Source: an uncultured Eubacteriales bacterium
GTDB taxonomy: Bacteria > Bacillota > Clostridia > Oscillospirales > Acutalibacteraceae
Length of the DNA: 64,000 bases
Direction of reading: 5' to 3'
Assembly (NCBI GenBank): GCA_964369405.1
Contig: CAYJGB010000001.1
Coordinates: 98,408 to 162,407, forward strand
The notes below the pieces were generated by a model that saw only the letters and a program-made list of their open reading frames with translations, was not told where the DNA came from and did not search any database. Every line of letters starts with the position of its first letter. Position 1 is the first letter of the stretch. This document shows positions 1 to 9,425 of the stretch, one piece after another. The position numbers and the translations under genes are program-made.

Positions 1-188
1 CTTTTTTGAAGTGTTTTTGCTGTATGTATACATTCTAAATACATCGAATATAAAATAGCAATTCTGCGATTTGTTTCGCTAATAGATATATCATTTGATG
101 TTTTTAGCTGATGTTTTAGTGAAGATACTTTTTCTTTTAAAATTTGAGCCTCTTTAAAATATTCCTGTGACCACAAAGTATAGTTCAT
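1..188 (-). CDS. hypothetical protein, N-terminal 62 codons only (runs off left edge)
   Basis: Not in ORF track because it is partial. ATG at 188-186 with GGAGG at 199-195 (6-nt spacer). The frame is open to position 1 (MNYTLWSQEYFKEAQILKEK...). No family recognised. Confidence 0.4.
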   Translation of the reverse strand, partial: MNYTLWSQEYFKEAQILKEKVSSLKHQLKTSNDISISETNRRIAILYSMYLECIHTAKTLQK

Positions 189-428
189 AATTAACCTCCA
201 ATAGTATAGCATATGAACATTTTTTATTCTTGCTTAGCCGTCTAAAATTTTAAATTGCAGTGTTAAATTTAAATAGGAATATGACAATATACCAATCAAA
301 TTTGCCTTGCACTACAAAATTTTATTTCGACTATCCTAAGACAAATAAAAGTCCAAATGCCATAATTTAAAATTTTACCAAAGAGAGAATAATTTTATAT
401 GGCGGTATAAAAGATATTCTCTAGTGAT

Positions 429-458
429 ATAATATCACATTATCGAATGTATGTTCAA
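429..458 (-). promoter_or_regulatory. putative sigma-A type promoter reading toward lower coordinates
   Basis: Minus strand reads TTGAAC (458-453), an 18-nt spacer containing TG, then TATTAT (434-429). It is overlapped by a LexA-like box. Confidence 0.4.
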
Positions 459-480
459 TACGTTTGCGAACGTTCGTTCC
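444..480. promoter_or_regulatory. two LexA (Cheo) boxes
   Basis: CGAACGTTCGTTCC at 467-480 is a perfect GAAC-N4-GTTC. CGAATGTATGTTCA at 444-457 has one perfect half-site and one single-mismatch half-site. Confidence 0.6.
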
Positions 481-493
481 GAAAACAAACTTG

Positions 494-513
494 ATGTGTA
501 ATTTTTTACACAT
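494..513 (-). terminator. putative terminator of the Y-family polymerase gene
   Basis: ATGTGTAA-tttt-TTACACAT hairpin 30 nt beyond the stop. On the minus strand it is followed by a GTTTGTTTT stretch. Confidence 0.4.
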
Positions 514-542
514 ATATAGTGTTGTGATTTTGATTTTTGTAT

Positions 543-1811
543 TTAATTACAACTAAATCCTATAGGATGTATTATATGGTCCTCTTTAGGGTTGAACTTT
601 GAAAGCTTTTTATCTTTTAGTAGAGATGCATTAACTACTGAATAGTTACCAAATCTGTTTTTTATTTTATCGCACGTAACATCTAGTTTTTCTAAACGTG
701 TTTTTTTATTTTGAATACTTTCTGTTGTGTCGAATATAGAAAGCTGAATACCATGATTATTATGTGTTAAATCAGACAGACTAACGCTTAAACTTCTTAC
801 GCCATTATCTGCATTTATATTATAGTTTTCTTTAAATAATTTTAGAGAAACATCAAATATATTAGATGTTAGGTTAGTTGCACTTATAAGTGTTTGTTGC
901 CTGTTTATTGTTTGTAACTTTTTATTTCTTATTTGTATACTTACTGTTTTAGAAAATAACCCTTGTTCTCTAAGTCTTCTGCATACACTATCAGTTAAAA
1001 CTTGCAATATTATCTTTATATCATCTAAAGTTGTCAAATCTCTATGCGTTGTTGTTGAGTTGCCTATGGACTTAGGCTCTCTTATATAACTATTAAGAGC
1101 CACAGGGCTTGTATCTAGCCCATTTGCAAATGAGTATAATCTATAACCCCACTTGCCAAAGCATTTATTTAAAAGGGTTTTATCCATGTTAGCTATATCG
1201 CCAATTGTATAAATCCCAAGCCCTGCTAGTTTTTTACTTGTTGCACTGCCAACATAAAACAAGTCACGACAATCTAAAGGCCATACAACACTTTTATAAT
1301 TTCGAGGACTTATTATAGTTAAGGCATCTGGTTTTTTATAATCGCTTGCAAGCTTTGCGAATATTTTATTATAGCTCAATCCAATGCTTACAGTAACACC
1401 CACCTCATTTTTAATACGTTCTTTTATTTCCTTGGCAATATTTACACCATTACCAAATACTTTTCTGCTACTAGTAATATCTAACCATGCTTCATCAAGT
1501 CCAAAAGGCTCCACAAGGTCTGTATATTGGTTGTAAATATCTCTTATTTTATTTGAGTATTCAATATAACTTTTAAAATCTGGTTTTATATTTACAAGAT
1601 TAGGGCACTTTTTTTGTGCTTGCCAAATAGCCTCACCAGTAGAAACACCAAATTTCTTAGCAATATCATTTTTAGCAAGAATAATACCATGCCTGTCTTC
1701 AGTGTTACCAGAAACTGCAACAGGCAAATTACGTAATTTTGGATTTTTATGACATTCAACAGATGCATAAAAGCTATTACAATCACTATGAAGTATAATT
1801 TTATTAGACAT
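543..1811 (-). CDS. Y-family translesion DNA polymerase (UmuC/YqjW/UvrX-like, ImpB/MucB/SamB family)
   Basis: N-terminus MSNKIILHSDCNSFYASVE carries the DCNSFYAS motif of UmuC-like Y-family polymerases. 422 aa. AGGAGG RBS at 1823-1818. LexA boxes lie immediately upstream. Confidence 0.9.
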   Translation of the reverse strand: MSNKIILHSDCNSFYASVECHKNPKLRNLPVAVSGNTEDRHGIILAKNDIAKKFGVSTGEAIWQAQKKCPNLVNIKPDFKSYIEYSNKIRDIYNQYTDLVEPFGLDEAWLDITSSRKVFGNGVNIAKEIKERIKNEVGVTVSIGLSYNKIFAKLASDYKKPDALTIISPRNYKSVVWPLDCRDLFYVGSATSKKLAGLGIYTIGDIANMDKTLLNKCFGKWGYRLYSFANGLDTSPVALNSYIREPKSIGNSTTTHRDLTTLDDIKIILQVLTDSVCRRLREQGLFSKTVSIQIRNKKLQTINRQQTLISATNLTSNIFDVSLKLFKENYNINADNGVRSLSVSLSDLTHNNHGIQLSIFDTTESIQNKKTRLEKLDVTCDKIKNRFGNYSVVNASLLKDKKLSKFNPKEDHIIHPIGFSCN

Positions 1812-1824
1812 AAAAACCTCCTGT

Positions 1825-1861
1825 CGAACATATGTTTATTTAATTATAGAACAAACGTTCA
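1825..1861. promoter_or_regulatory. LexA (Cheo) boxes upstream of the polymerase gene
   Basis: CGAACATATGTTTA at 1825-1838 and AGAACAAACGTTCA at 1848-1861 (GAAC-N4-GTTC). An additional half-site-like CAAATATATGTTCG lies at 1881-1894. Confidence 0.7.
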
Positions 1862-1949
1862 TAAAAGTCAATAGAAAAAACAAATATATGTTCGATTATT
1901 TTTTTAATTTAAATATTGAAAATCTTTTTAAAAAATAATATCAAATTTA

Positions 1950-1978
1950 TTGACAATAAACTTACTTTAGAATATACT
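1950..1978 (+). promoter_or_regulatory. putative sigma-A promoter for the XRE-cupin regulator gene
   Basis: TTGACA (1950-1955), 17-nt spacer, TATACT (1973-1978). Confidence 0.5.
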
Positions 1979-2049
1979 GAAATATGTAAAATTGTTTATT
2001 GGTATATATGGCTTTTTTACATAAAAATGATTAAAAAGGAGAAAATATT

Positions 2050-2625
2050 GTGGAAAATAGAATTAAGGAAACTGCTAAAAGAGTAAAAGCATTAAGAGAA
2101 TTATTAGAAATTTCTATTGAAGAAATGGCAACAGCTACTGGCGTGTCTGCTCAAGAATACGAAAAATACGAAAACGGGGAATATGATTTAAGTTTTACTT
2201 TCTTATATAATTGTGCCGATAAATTTAATGTGGATATTATTGAGCTAGTTACTGGGGAAAATCCACATTTAATGTCTTATTCTGTTGTAAGAAAAGATGA
2301 AGGCTTAGTTATAAAAAGACGTCAAGGTTTTACATACCAACATTTAGGGTATAGATTTAAAAACAAAACAGCAGAAACATTTTTAGTAACAGCACCTTAT
2401 AATGAAGATGAACAAGATAAAGAAATAAAATTGTCTATTCACGAGGGTCAAGAGTTTGATTATGTTTTAGAGGGTAGTTTGAAAATAGTAATAGGTTCAA
2501 ATACAGAGATATTAAACGCTGGCGATAGTATTTATTATGACTCTAGTAATGGTCATGGTATGATAGCTATAAATGGCAAGGATTGTAAATTTTTAGCAGT
2601 AACGATACATCAACAAGATAATTAA
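2050..2625 (+). CDS. XRE-family HTH transcriptional regulator with C-terminal cupin domain
   Basis: N-terminal HTH-like segment (LRELLEISIEEMATATGVSAQEYEKYENG). C-terminal cupin-like segment (HEGQEFDYVLEGSL...GDSIYYDS..GHG). GTG start after GGAG. Confidence 0.8.
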   Translation: MENRIKETAKRVKALRELLEISIEEMATATGVSAQEYEKYENGEYDLSFTFLYNCADKFNVDIIELVTGENPHLMSYSVVRKDEGLVIKRRQGFTYQHLGYRFKNKTAETFLVTAPYNEDEQDKEIKLSIHEGQEFDYVLEGSLKIVIGSNTEILNAGDSIYYDSSNGHGMIAINGKDCKFLAVTIHQQDN

Positions 2626-2660
2626 AATATTAATTAAAGAATCGAAAGGAACTTAATATA

Positions 2661-4304
2661 ATGATAAATATTCATCAAAGATTTTGTGAAGAAACATTTG
2701 AAAACGGAGAATTAGTAGACTTTAAGATTAAGTATGAAGAAAATTTTAACTTTGCATATGATGTACTAGACGAAATTTCAAAAGCTGAACCTAAAAGAAG
2801 AGCTATGTTTTGGTGCAATGATAAAGGTGAAGAAAAAACTTTTACATTTGAAGATATGACACGTTATAGTAATATGGCTGCAAATATGTTTACAGATTTA
2901 GGCATTAAAAGAGGAGATACAGTTGTTTTAATACTTAAAAGACATTATCAATTTTGGACAGCATTATTAGGACTTCATAAAATTGGAGCAGTTGGAATAC
3001 CGGCTACCAATTTGCTTACAAAAAAAGATTTAGTATATAGATTTAACGCAGCAGATGTAAAAGCTGTAATTTGTACAACGCATGGAGATATAATTAAGCA
3101 TATCAACGAGTCTTTACCTGAGTCACCAACAGTTAAAGTTAAGATAAGTGTTAATGGTGAAGCAGACGGCTATGTAAATTATGATGAGCAATTAGAAAAA
3201 TACAGTGATAAACTTGACAGAATAGAAACATTATCATCAGACCCTATGTTACTTTACTTTACATCAGGTACAACAGGGCTTCCTAAAATGGTGTGGCACG
3301 AACAATCATACCCTTTAGCACATATAGTAACAGCTAAGTACTGGCACAATGTAGTACCAGACGGGTTGCATTTAACGCTTTCAGATACTGGTTGGATGAA
3401 GGCTATGTGGGGTAAACTTTATGGACAATGGTTAATGGAAGCTGGTATTTTTGTATGTGATTTCGACAAATTCACACCAACAGATTTATTAAAATTATTC
3501 TCAAAATATCAAATAACAAGTTTCTGTGCACCACCTACAATGTATAGATTTTTCATCAAAGAAGATTTAAGCCAATACGATTTATCAAGCATTAAACACG
3601 CAACAATTGCAGGAGAGCCACTAAACCCAGAAGTGTTTAATCAATTTTACAAAGCAACAGGCTTAAAACTTATGGAGGGTTTTGGACAAACAGAAACAAC
3701 TCTTACGCTATTTAACTTGATTGGAACAAACCCTAAACCTGGTTCAATGGGAAGACCATCACCTGCGTACAAAGTTGACTTAATAGACTTTGATGGTAAA
3801 TCTGTACAGCCTGGTGTAGTTGGAGAAATCGTTATAAGAACAGACGAAGGTAAAGTTTGTGGTATGTTTAATGGTTATTACAAAAACGAAGATTTAACTA
3901 AAAATGTTTGGGATAATGATATATATCATACTGGAGATACAGCGTGGAAAGATGAAGACGGTTATTACTGGTATGTAGGAAGAACAGACGATATAATTAA
4001 ATCATCTGGATACCGTATAGGACCATTCGAGATAGAGAGCGTAATAATGGAGCATCCATGTTGTTTAGAATGTGCGATAACAGGAGCACCAGACGAAATA
4101 AGAGGACAAGTGGTAAAAGCTACAATAGTATTAGCAAAAGGGTATGAACAAAGCGAAGAGTTAAAAAAAGAAATACAAGATTATGTTAAGAAACAAACAG
4201 CGCCATATAAATACCCACGAATAGTAGAATTTGTAGATGAACTACCAAAGACAATAAGTGGAAAGATACGCAGAACAGAAATAAGAGGAGATAAAAGAGA
4301 TTAA
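2661..4304 (+). CDS. AMP-dependent acyl-CoA synthetase/ligase (medium-chain/acetyl-CoA synthetase-like)
   Basis: AMP-binding signature YFTSGTTGLPKMV, plus GYYWYVGRTDDIIKSSGYRIGPFEIE and C-terminal PKTISGKIRR. 547 aa. Confidence 0.85.
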   Translation: MINIHQRFCEETFENGELVDFKIKYEENFNFAYDVLDEISKAEPKRRAMFWCNDKGEEKTFTFEDMTRYSNMAANMFTDLGIKRGDTVVLILKRHYQFWTALLGLHKIGAVGIPATNLLTKKDLVYRFNAADVKAVICTTHGDIIKHINESLPESPTVKVKISVNGEADGYVNYDEQLEKYSDKLDRIETLSSDPMLLYFTSGTTGLPKMVWHEQSYPLAHIVTAKYWHNVVPDGLHLTLSDTGWMKAMWGKLYGQWLMEAGIFVCDFDKFTPTDLLKLFSKYQITSFCAPPTMYRFFIKEDLSQYDLSSIKHATIAGEPLNPEVFNQFYKATGLKLMEGFGQTETTLTLFNLIGTNPKPGSMGRPSPAYKVDLIDFDGKSVQPGVVGEIVIRTDEGKVCGMFNGYYKNEDLTKNVWDNDIYHTGDTAWKDEDGYYWYVGRTDDIIKSSGYRIGPFEIESVIMEHPCCLECAITGAPDEIRGQVVKATIVLAKGYEQSEELKKEIQDYVKKQTAPYKYPRIVEFVDELPKTISGKIRRTEIRGDKRD

Positions 4305-4414
4305 TATTTCCCAAGAAATAAATATAGTATAAAATCTCAAGGGTTTATTTATAGCAAAAAACAGAGAGATAAATTGAAGAATAAAGTAGGATAATACAGT
4401 AGAATATTTAAAAA

Positions 4415-4449
4415 GGGAATCCACAGTTTATTAGTGGTTTCCCTTGTTT
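4415..4449 (+). terminator. rho-independent terminator after the acyl-CoA synthetase gene
   Basis: GGGAATCCAC (4415-4424) pairs with GTGGTTTCCC (4434-4443) with one mismatch, then TTGTTT. Confidence 0.6.
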
Positions 4450-4463
4450 CGTACAAAGTTAAT

Positions 4464-4541
4464 AAAATGAAAAATGAAAATCAAGATGAAAAATGAAAAT
4501 TGAAATGAAAATTAAAATGAAAAAATAAAAGTTAAAATGAA
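4464..4541. repeat. degenerate tandem ATGAAAA(T) microsatellite-like array
   Basis: ATGAAAAATGAAAAT-caag-ATGAAAAATGAAAAT-tga-AATGAAAAT-taa-AATGAAAAA ... ATGAAGAGG. At least 7 ATGAAA units lie directly upstream of the neopullulanase RBS. Confidence 0.7.
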
Positions 4542-4553
4542 GAGGTAGATTTT

Positions 4554-6305
4554 ATGCAACTAAATGCGATTAGTCACAAATCAAGCGAAAATATGAGTTA
4601 TCAGCTTAGTAAAGATGAGCTAGTAATAAGTATTAAAACAGGATATGATGTAGATAAAGTTATTATAGAGCATGGTGACCCGTTTCTATATGGTATAGCA
4701 GGTGACCTTACACAGTGGCACGGAACACGTGAAGAAATAACAGAAAAATACGAGCTAGATAACCACATATGGTGGACAATAAAATTAAAACCAGAATATA
4801 AAAGATTAAAATACTTTTTTGAATTACATTCAAAAGATGAAAGTATATATTACTTAGAAAGTGGATTTGCTACAGAGGAACAATATAACATTGCTGGTAA
4901 AAGACAAGAACTGTTTTATTTTCCATGGATGAACGAAATAGATATGTGCGTTACTCCACAATGGGTAAAGGATACAATATGGTATCAAATTTTCCCAGAG
5001 AGATTTTGCAATGGAGATAGCAGTATAAATCCAGACAACACTAGAGAGTGGAAAAGCGAAAAAATAAAATCTCCACATTGGCAGTACGGTGGAGATTTAC
5101 AAGGAATAATAAATAAATTAGAATATTTAAAAGACTTAGGTATTACAGGCATATATATGACACCTGTATTTGAGTCTACTTCTAACCATAAATATAATAC
5201 AGCAGACTATTACAAAATAGATAAACACTTTGGAAATAATGAAGTTATGAAAACACTTTGCGATACTGCACATAAACTAGGTATAAAAATTATGATAGAT
5301 GCAGTATATAATCATAGTGGGCAAAACTTTGCACCATGGGAAGATGTAGTTAAAAATGGTGAAAATTCAAAATATAAAGATTGGTTTATGGTAAATAAAT
5401 TTCCTCTAACTGATGCAAAAACTCACACAAAAGACGGAAGATACTATTCTTTTTCTTTTGCAGCATTTATGCCAAAATTAAACACTAATAACAAGGAAGT
5501 AATAGACTATCTATGTGAAGTTAGTGAATATTGGGTTTCTGATTATGGTGTAGATGGAATTAGGTTTGATGTTGGAAACGAAGTATCTCACCAGTTTTTA
5601 AAAGAGCTTAGAAAGCGTGTTAAGGCTGTAAATAAAGACGTATACTTGTTAGGAGAAATATGGCATAACTCTACACAGTGGTTACAAGGTGATGAGTATG
5701 ACTCAGTAATGAATTATCCATTAACAGCAGCAATATCAGAGTTTTGGCAAGATGAAAATGTAACTTCAAAAGATTTTGAGCATAATATAAATAGATGTAG
5801 ATTTATGTATCAAGAACAAGTAACAGATACTTTGTTTAATATGTTAGATTCACACGATACAGAAAGATTAATACATAGAGCAAACCACGAAGAAGATGTG
5901 TTTTATCAACAACTAACACTGTTATATACAATGCAAGGCACACCATGCGTATTTTATGGTACAGAAATAGCATTAGAGGGTGGAGGCGACCCAGATTGTA
6001 GAAGATGTATGCCATGGGATAAAATTGAAAATGGAGAATATGACGAAAAAATAAATAAGCTTAAAAAATTAATTGAGTTAAGAAAAACAAACAAAGCATT
6101 TTCAAGTGGAAAAATTTCTTTTGAGCATATATATGGTGATAGGGTTTTAAGTTATATAAAAACAGATGAAAAAGGAAATAAAGTAAAAGTTATATTAAAT
6201 GCAGAAGATAAAGAAATAGAATTACCAGAGGGAGAAATATTATTTTCAAACAATGTAGTAGGCACAAAAATACAAGAGTTTGGAACAGTGATATTAAAAA
6301 TATAG
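4554..6305 (+). CDS. GH13 neopullulanase / cyclomaltodextrinase / maltogenic alpha-amylase
   Basis: GH13 conserved regions DAVYNH, GIRFDVGNEV, GEIWH and LDSHDTERL, plus an N-terminal extension typical of cyclomaltodextrinases. 583 aa. Confidence 0.85.
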   Translation: MQLNAISHKSSENMSYQLSKDELVISIKTGYDVDKVIIEHGDPFLYGIAGDLTQWHGTREEITEKYELDNHIWWTIKLKPEYKRLKYFFELHSKDESIYYLESGFATEEQYNIAGKRQELFYFPWMNEIDMCVTPQWVKDTIWYQIFPERFCNGDSSINPDNTREWKSEKIKSPHWQYGGDLQGIINKLEYLKDLGITGIYMTPVFESTSNHKYNTADYYKIDKHFGNNEVMKTLCDTAHKLGIKIMIDAVYNHSGQNFAPWEDVVKNGENSKYKDWFMVNKFPLTDAKTHTKDGRYYSFSFAAFMPKLNTNNKEVIDYLCEVSEYWVSDYGVDGIRFDVGNEVSHQFLKELRKRVKAVNKDVYLLGEIWHNSTQWLQGDEYDSVMNYPLTAAISEFWQDENVTSKDFEHNINRCRFMYQEQVTDTLFNMLDSHDTERLIHRANHEEDVFYQQLTLLYTMQGTPCVFYGTEIALEGGGDPDCRRCMPWDKIENGEYDEKINKLKKLIELRKTNKAFSSGKISFEHIYGDRVLSYIKTDEKGNKVKVILNAEDKEIELPEGEILFSNNVVGTKIQEFGTVILKI

Positions 6306-6374
6306 AAATTAAACTACTTGTAATATTTAGTATAATATGCTATAATTAGTTAGAATAAAATAGGGGTGTGTTAT

Positions 6375-7004
6375 ATGGAAAAAATAAAAAGTAAGATAAA
6401 GCCGATAATAATTATAACAGTATCAGTTATAGTATTAATATCTGGAATATTTGTATATTTATTTAGAATAAACTATTTTAATATTTTAGAGATAATTGTA
6501 TCTCCAAATAATACGACAATTATTACAGTGTATGAAGATACATCTGCTGAGCTAGTTAGAGATGCATCAGGCAACAAAATAATGAGTAAATTTTATTACG
6601 ATGTTAAAGGTGATTTAAATTTTGACAATTATGGTTTATATACTTATAATGGAGTATATATATCACCTTGTCATGAAAACGTAGTTTTATCAACGATTGA
6701 TGATAACGGGAGAATTATTCTTGAAGTAGTTTATTCTTTGAATGATGTTCATTATGATTTAACAAATTCAATACGTCAGAGTATTATAAGTAGTAAAAAA
6801 ATTAAAGAGTTGTCTTATGCACTAGATTATAATATACAAGTCGATGTGATAAAATGGACTGATGTAAAAGATGTTATGACAGTTGAGTTTGAATACATAA
6901 ATAGCGAAGATAAAAAAACTGCAGGAACACTCGATTATAATTGTGTTACTGAAATGATTACTAATATTGATTATGAAACAGAAGTCGAAAGTGATGACGA
7001 ATAA
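6375..7004 (+). CDS. hypothetical membrane-anchored protein
   Basis: ATG at 6375 sits 7-8 nt after AGGGG, whereas the track start 6366 lies inside the RBS. N-terminal TM segment (PIIIITVSVIVLISGIFVYLF) and an acidic C-terminus. No family recognised. Confidence 0.55.
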   Translation: MEKIKSKIKPIIIITVSVIVLISGIFVYLFRINYFNILEIIVSPNNTTIITVYEDTSAELVRDASGNKIMSKFYYDVKGDLNFDNYGLYTYNGVYISPCHENVVLSTIDDNGRIILEVVYSLNDVHYDLTNSIRQSIISSKKIKELSYALDYNIQVDVIKWTDVKDVMTVEFEYINSEDKKTAGTLDYNCVTEMITNIDYETEVESDDE

Positions 7005-7040
7005 GAATAATGTTAACATTTAATATATACTGAATATCAA

Positions 7041-7079
7041 ACAACTGGGCTGTTGAATTAAAACAGCCCAGTTGTTTTC
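7041..7079 (+). terminator. rho-independent terminator
   Basis: ACAACTGGGCTGTT (7041-7054) pairs with AACAGCCCAGTTGT (7062-7075), followed by TTTT. Confidence 0.75.
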
Positions 7080-7156
7080 ATTGTAACAAAAAAAATTTAT
7101 AGTCATAAAATATATAAGAACATATTTTATGTAAAGGTAGGTGTAAATTTAAAATA

Positions 7157-7597
7157 ATGGACACCAGAGAACTTTTTGCAAGACTAATTAAGTGTGAAGC
7201 AGGTGGGGAAGGGTTAGACGGAATGCAAGCTGTTGCAACTGTAATAATGAATAGAGCCAATATTCCATATGGAGAATTTGCCAGAATAAGTAACGGTGGC
7301 GATATTCGAAATATTATTTTGCAAGATAGACAATTTGTATGTGCTAGAACAACTGTAGAAGGGCAGTATAATCCACAAAATTTATACAATATGGCGATAG
7401 AGCCAATAGATTATGAAGTTGCTGACTGGGCAATAGCTGGAAACGTTTTAAATGGTATAGGGAACTCATTGTTTTTCTTTAATCCGTATAGTGCTACTTG
7501 TCCACAGTTTTTTCCACCAAATGGAGTAGGTGCATTTTATGCAAGAGTAGGAGACCATTGTTTTTATGCACCTACTGAAAAATATAAAGACACATAA
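7157..7597 (+). CDS. cwlJ: CwlJ/SleB-family spore cortex-lytic cell wall hydrolase
   Basis: LFARLIKCEAGGEGLDGMQAVATVIMNRAN matches the SleB/CwlJ hydrolase domain. 146 aa, no signal peptide (CwlJ-like). A GerQ-like gene follows. Confidence 0.8.
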   Translation: MDTRELFARLIKCEAGGEGLDGMQAVATVIMNRANIPYGEFARISNGGDIRNIILQDRQFVCARTTVEGQYNPQNLYNMAIEPIDYEVADWAIAGNVLNGIGNSLFFFNPYSATCPQFFPPNGVGAFYARVGDHCFYAPTEKYKDT

Positions 7598-7612
7598 ATG
7601 GAGGGGCTATAA

Positions 7613-8251
7613 TTGAATAATTCAATAGATTTAGGTAGAATTTACGGATTTAATGATTGTAAAGATGGCAGTTGTTCATATACAGGAAACGTAGCACCAA
7701 ATATACCATCACTAGAAGAGATAGCATATTACAATATAGCAAGAGCAAATATTGATGCTCAAAATACACAAGAAGATTATAAAAGACAAGAGGAATTACA
7801 AAACACATTGCAGTCAGGTGGTTTTAGAGATAGAAGTCAAACTATGCCAGAGCAAGTAGTAGACAATATAACAGCAAGAGATATTTCTTATGGTGGTCTT
7901 AGTAGGAGTTATACTACAACAGAGCAAGGAAATGACTATACATTGACACCAAAACTACAAATACCAATGGATATGATGAATGATAACAGTAACTTGAATA
8001 TGATACCAGAATATAATCAACCGTACCCAGTAACAGCAGAAAGCATACAATATTTAAATGCTTTTATGAGAACTCAAGTTGGTAGAAGGGTAGAAGTTGA
8101 ATTTTTAATAGGTTCAGATGATTTAGTAAGTAAAACAGGATACTTGCTAGGGGTTGGAGCTAATTACATCTTAATAAATGAGCTAGGAACAGCAAATTTA
8201 ACATCTTGTGATTTTTATAATATAAAGTTCGTAACATATTTCTATGATTAA
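7613..8251 (+). CDS. gerQ: GerQ-like spore coat protein
   Basis: TTG start 8 nt after GGAGGGG. The C-terminal 70 aa (ESIQYLNAFMRTQVGRRVEVEFLIGSDDLVSKTGYLLGVGANYILINE...FYNIKFVTYF) resemble the GerQ/YwdL C-domain. Position directly after cwlJ matches Bacillus. Confidence 0.6.
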   Translation: MNNSIDLGRIYGFNDCKDGSCSYTGNVAPNIPSLEEIAYYNIARANIDAQNTQEDYKRQEELQNTLQSGGFRDRSQTMPEQVVDNITARDISYGGLSRSYTTTEQGNDYTLTPKLQIPMDMMNDNSNLNMIPEYNQPYPVTAESIQYLNAFMRTQVGRRVEVEFLIGSDDLVSKTGYLLGVGANYILINELGTANLTSCDFYNIKFVTYFYD

Positions 8252-9354
8252 TCATCAAAAAGAATAGAAGAGATTATGTAATTTGAGATTAAGAAACCTT
8301 TTTCAGTAAGATATAATCTATCGTTATCATTGCAAACAAAGCTAGTAAATTTAGGTTTGTTTGCATTTTTAATATATTTTTCTGGAAAAGAGCAATTAAA
8401 TCTCTCCTTGAATTTAACAAAAGAAATACCTTTTGTTAACCTTAAATTCATCATAATATATTCTTCTTCACTACCACCATTTCCATCATCAATAATAATA
8501 TTATTATAATAATCACTAAAATTGCTAGGAGAGTAAAATCGTTTATTATCTACATAGGAATGAGAGGCTACACCAAAACCTAAATATTCTTCACAGAGCC
8601 AATACTTTAAATTATGCTTGCTTTCAAAGTTAGGCTTGCAAAAATTAGATATTTCATACTGATTATAACCTAATGTCTTTAAGTATGTTATCATAAACAA
8701 GTATAAATCACTTACAGTGTCTTCATCTGGCAAATTTAAAGTATCTCTGATTTTGTTATACTTTGTTTTTTCTTCAATTTTTAATATGTATGCTGATATA
8801 TGAGGTACATCTAAACTCTTACAAAAATATAAAGTATCTTGTAAACTTTCTTTTGTTTGTTTAGAAATTCCTATCATTACATCTAATGAAATGTTTGTAA
8901 TACCAGATTTTTTAATTTTATCAACACAATTAATAATATCAAACTTTGTGTGTCCTCTACCTAATATCTCTAGTTCTAAATCGTTAGAAGATTGCATACC
9001 AAGCGAAATTCTATTCACTCCTGATGTGTGCAAAAGAGTAAAATCTAAATTTAGAGTGGAAGTAGGGTTTACTTCAATAGTAATTTCGGGATTGCTAACA
9101 GTATAATTATTATATATGCAATTTAATATTTTAATTATATTGTCAGTTCCTATAATGCTAGGCGTACCGCCTCCAAAGTAAATAGTATCAATTACTCTGT
9201 TGTTATATTTATAGGAATTATCTTTAATTTGATTACATAAAAAACTAATATATTCCTCTGACTTTTCGATACTGTATTTTCTTGAGAAAAAATCACAATA
9301 AGGACATTTTTTAATACAAAATGGTATATGTATATATATGGATAAAGGTTTCAT
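8248..9354 (-). CDS. hemW: radical SAM HemW (HemN-like, oxygen-independent coproporphyrinogen-III oxidase family) protein
   Basis: MKPLSIYIHIPFCIKKCPYCDF contains the CxxxCxxC radical-SAM motif in HemN/HemW context. 368 aa. Confidence 0.85.
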   Translation of the reverse strand: MKPLSIYIHIPFCIKKCPYCDFFSRKYSIEKSEEYISFLCNQIKDNSYKYNNRVIDTIYFGGGTPSIIGTDNIIKILNCIYNNYTVSNPEITIEVNPTSTLNLDFTLLHTSGVNRISLGMQSSNDLELEILGRGHTKFDIINCVDKIKKSGITNISLDVMIGISKQTKESLQDTLYFCKSLDVPHISAYILKIEEKTKYNKIRDTLNLPDEDTVSDLYLFMITYLKTLGYNQYEISNFCKPNFESKHNLKYWLCEEYLGFGVASHSYVDNKRFYSPSNFSDYYNNIIIDDGNGGSEEEYIMMNLRLTKGISFVKFKERFNCSFPEKYIKNANKPKFTSFVCNDNDRLYLTEKGFLISNYIISSILFDD

Positions 9355-9425
9355 AATTCACCAACTTTAATTTTATATGCTATAATATCCATTATACAAT
9401 AAATTATATAATTCTACAAATAAAA

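Noticed and set aside
4464-4541. ATGAAAA array as a CRISPR-like array or a coding low-complexity ORF
   Set aside because: The units are 7-19 nt with no unique spacers, and the longest ORF is 9 codons with no RBS.
8248-8251. Convergent gerQ-like and hemW genes sharing overlapping stop codons (TTAA) with no terminator between them
   Set aside because: The overlap is real in the sequence, but such stop-codon overlaps are common in compact genomes. It was not judged to be a regulatory feature without expression data.
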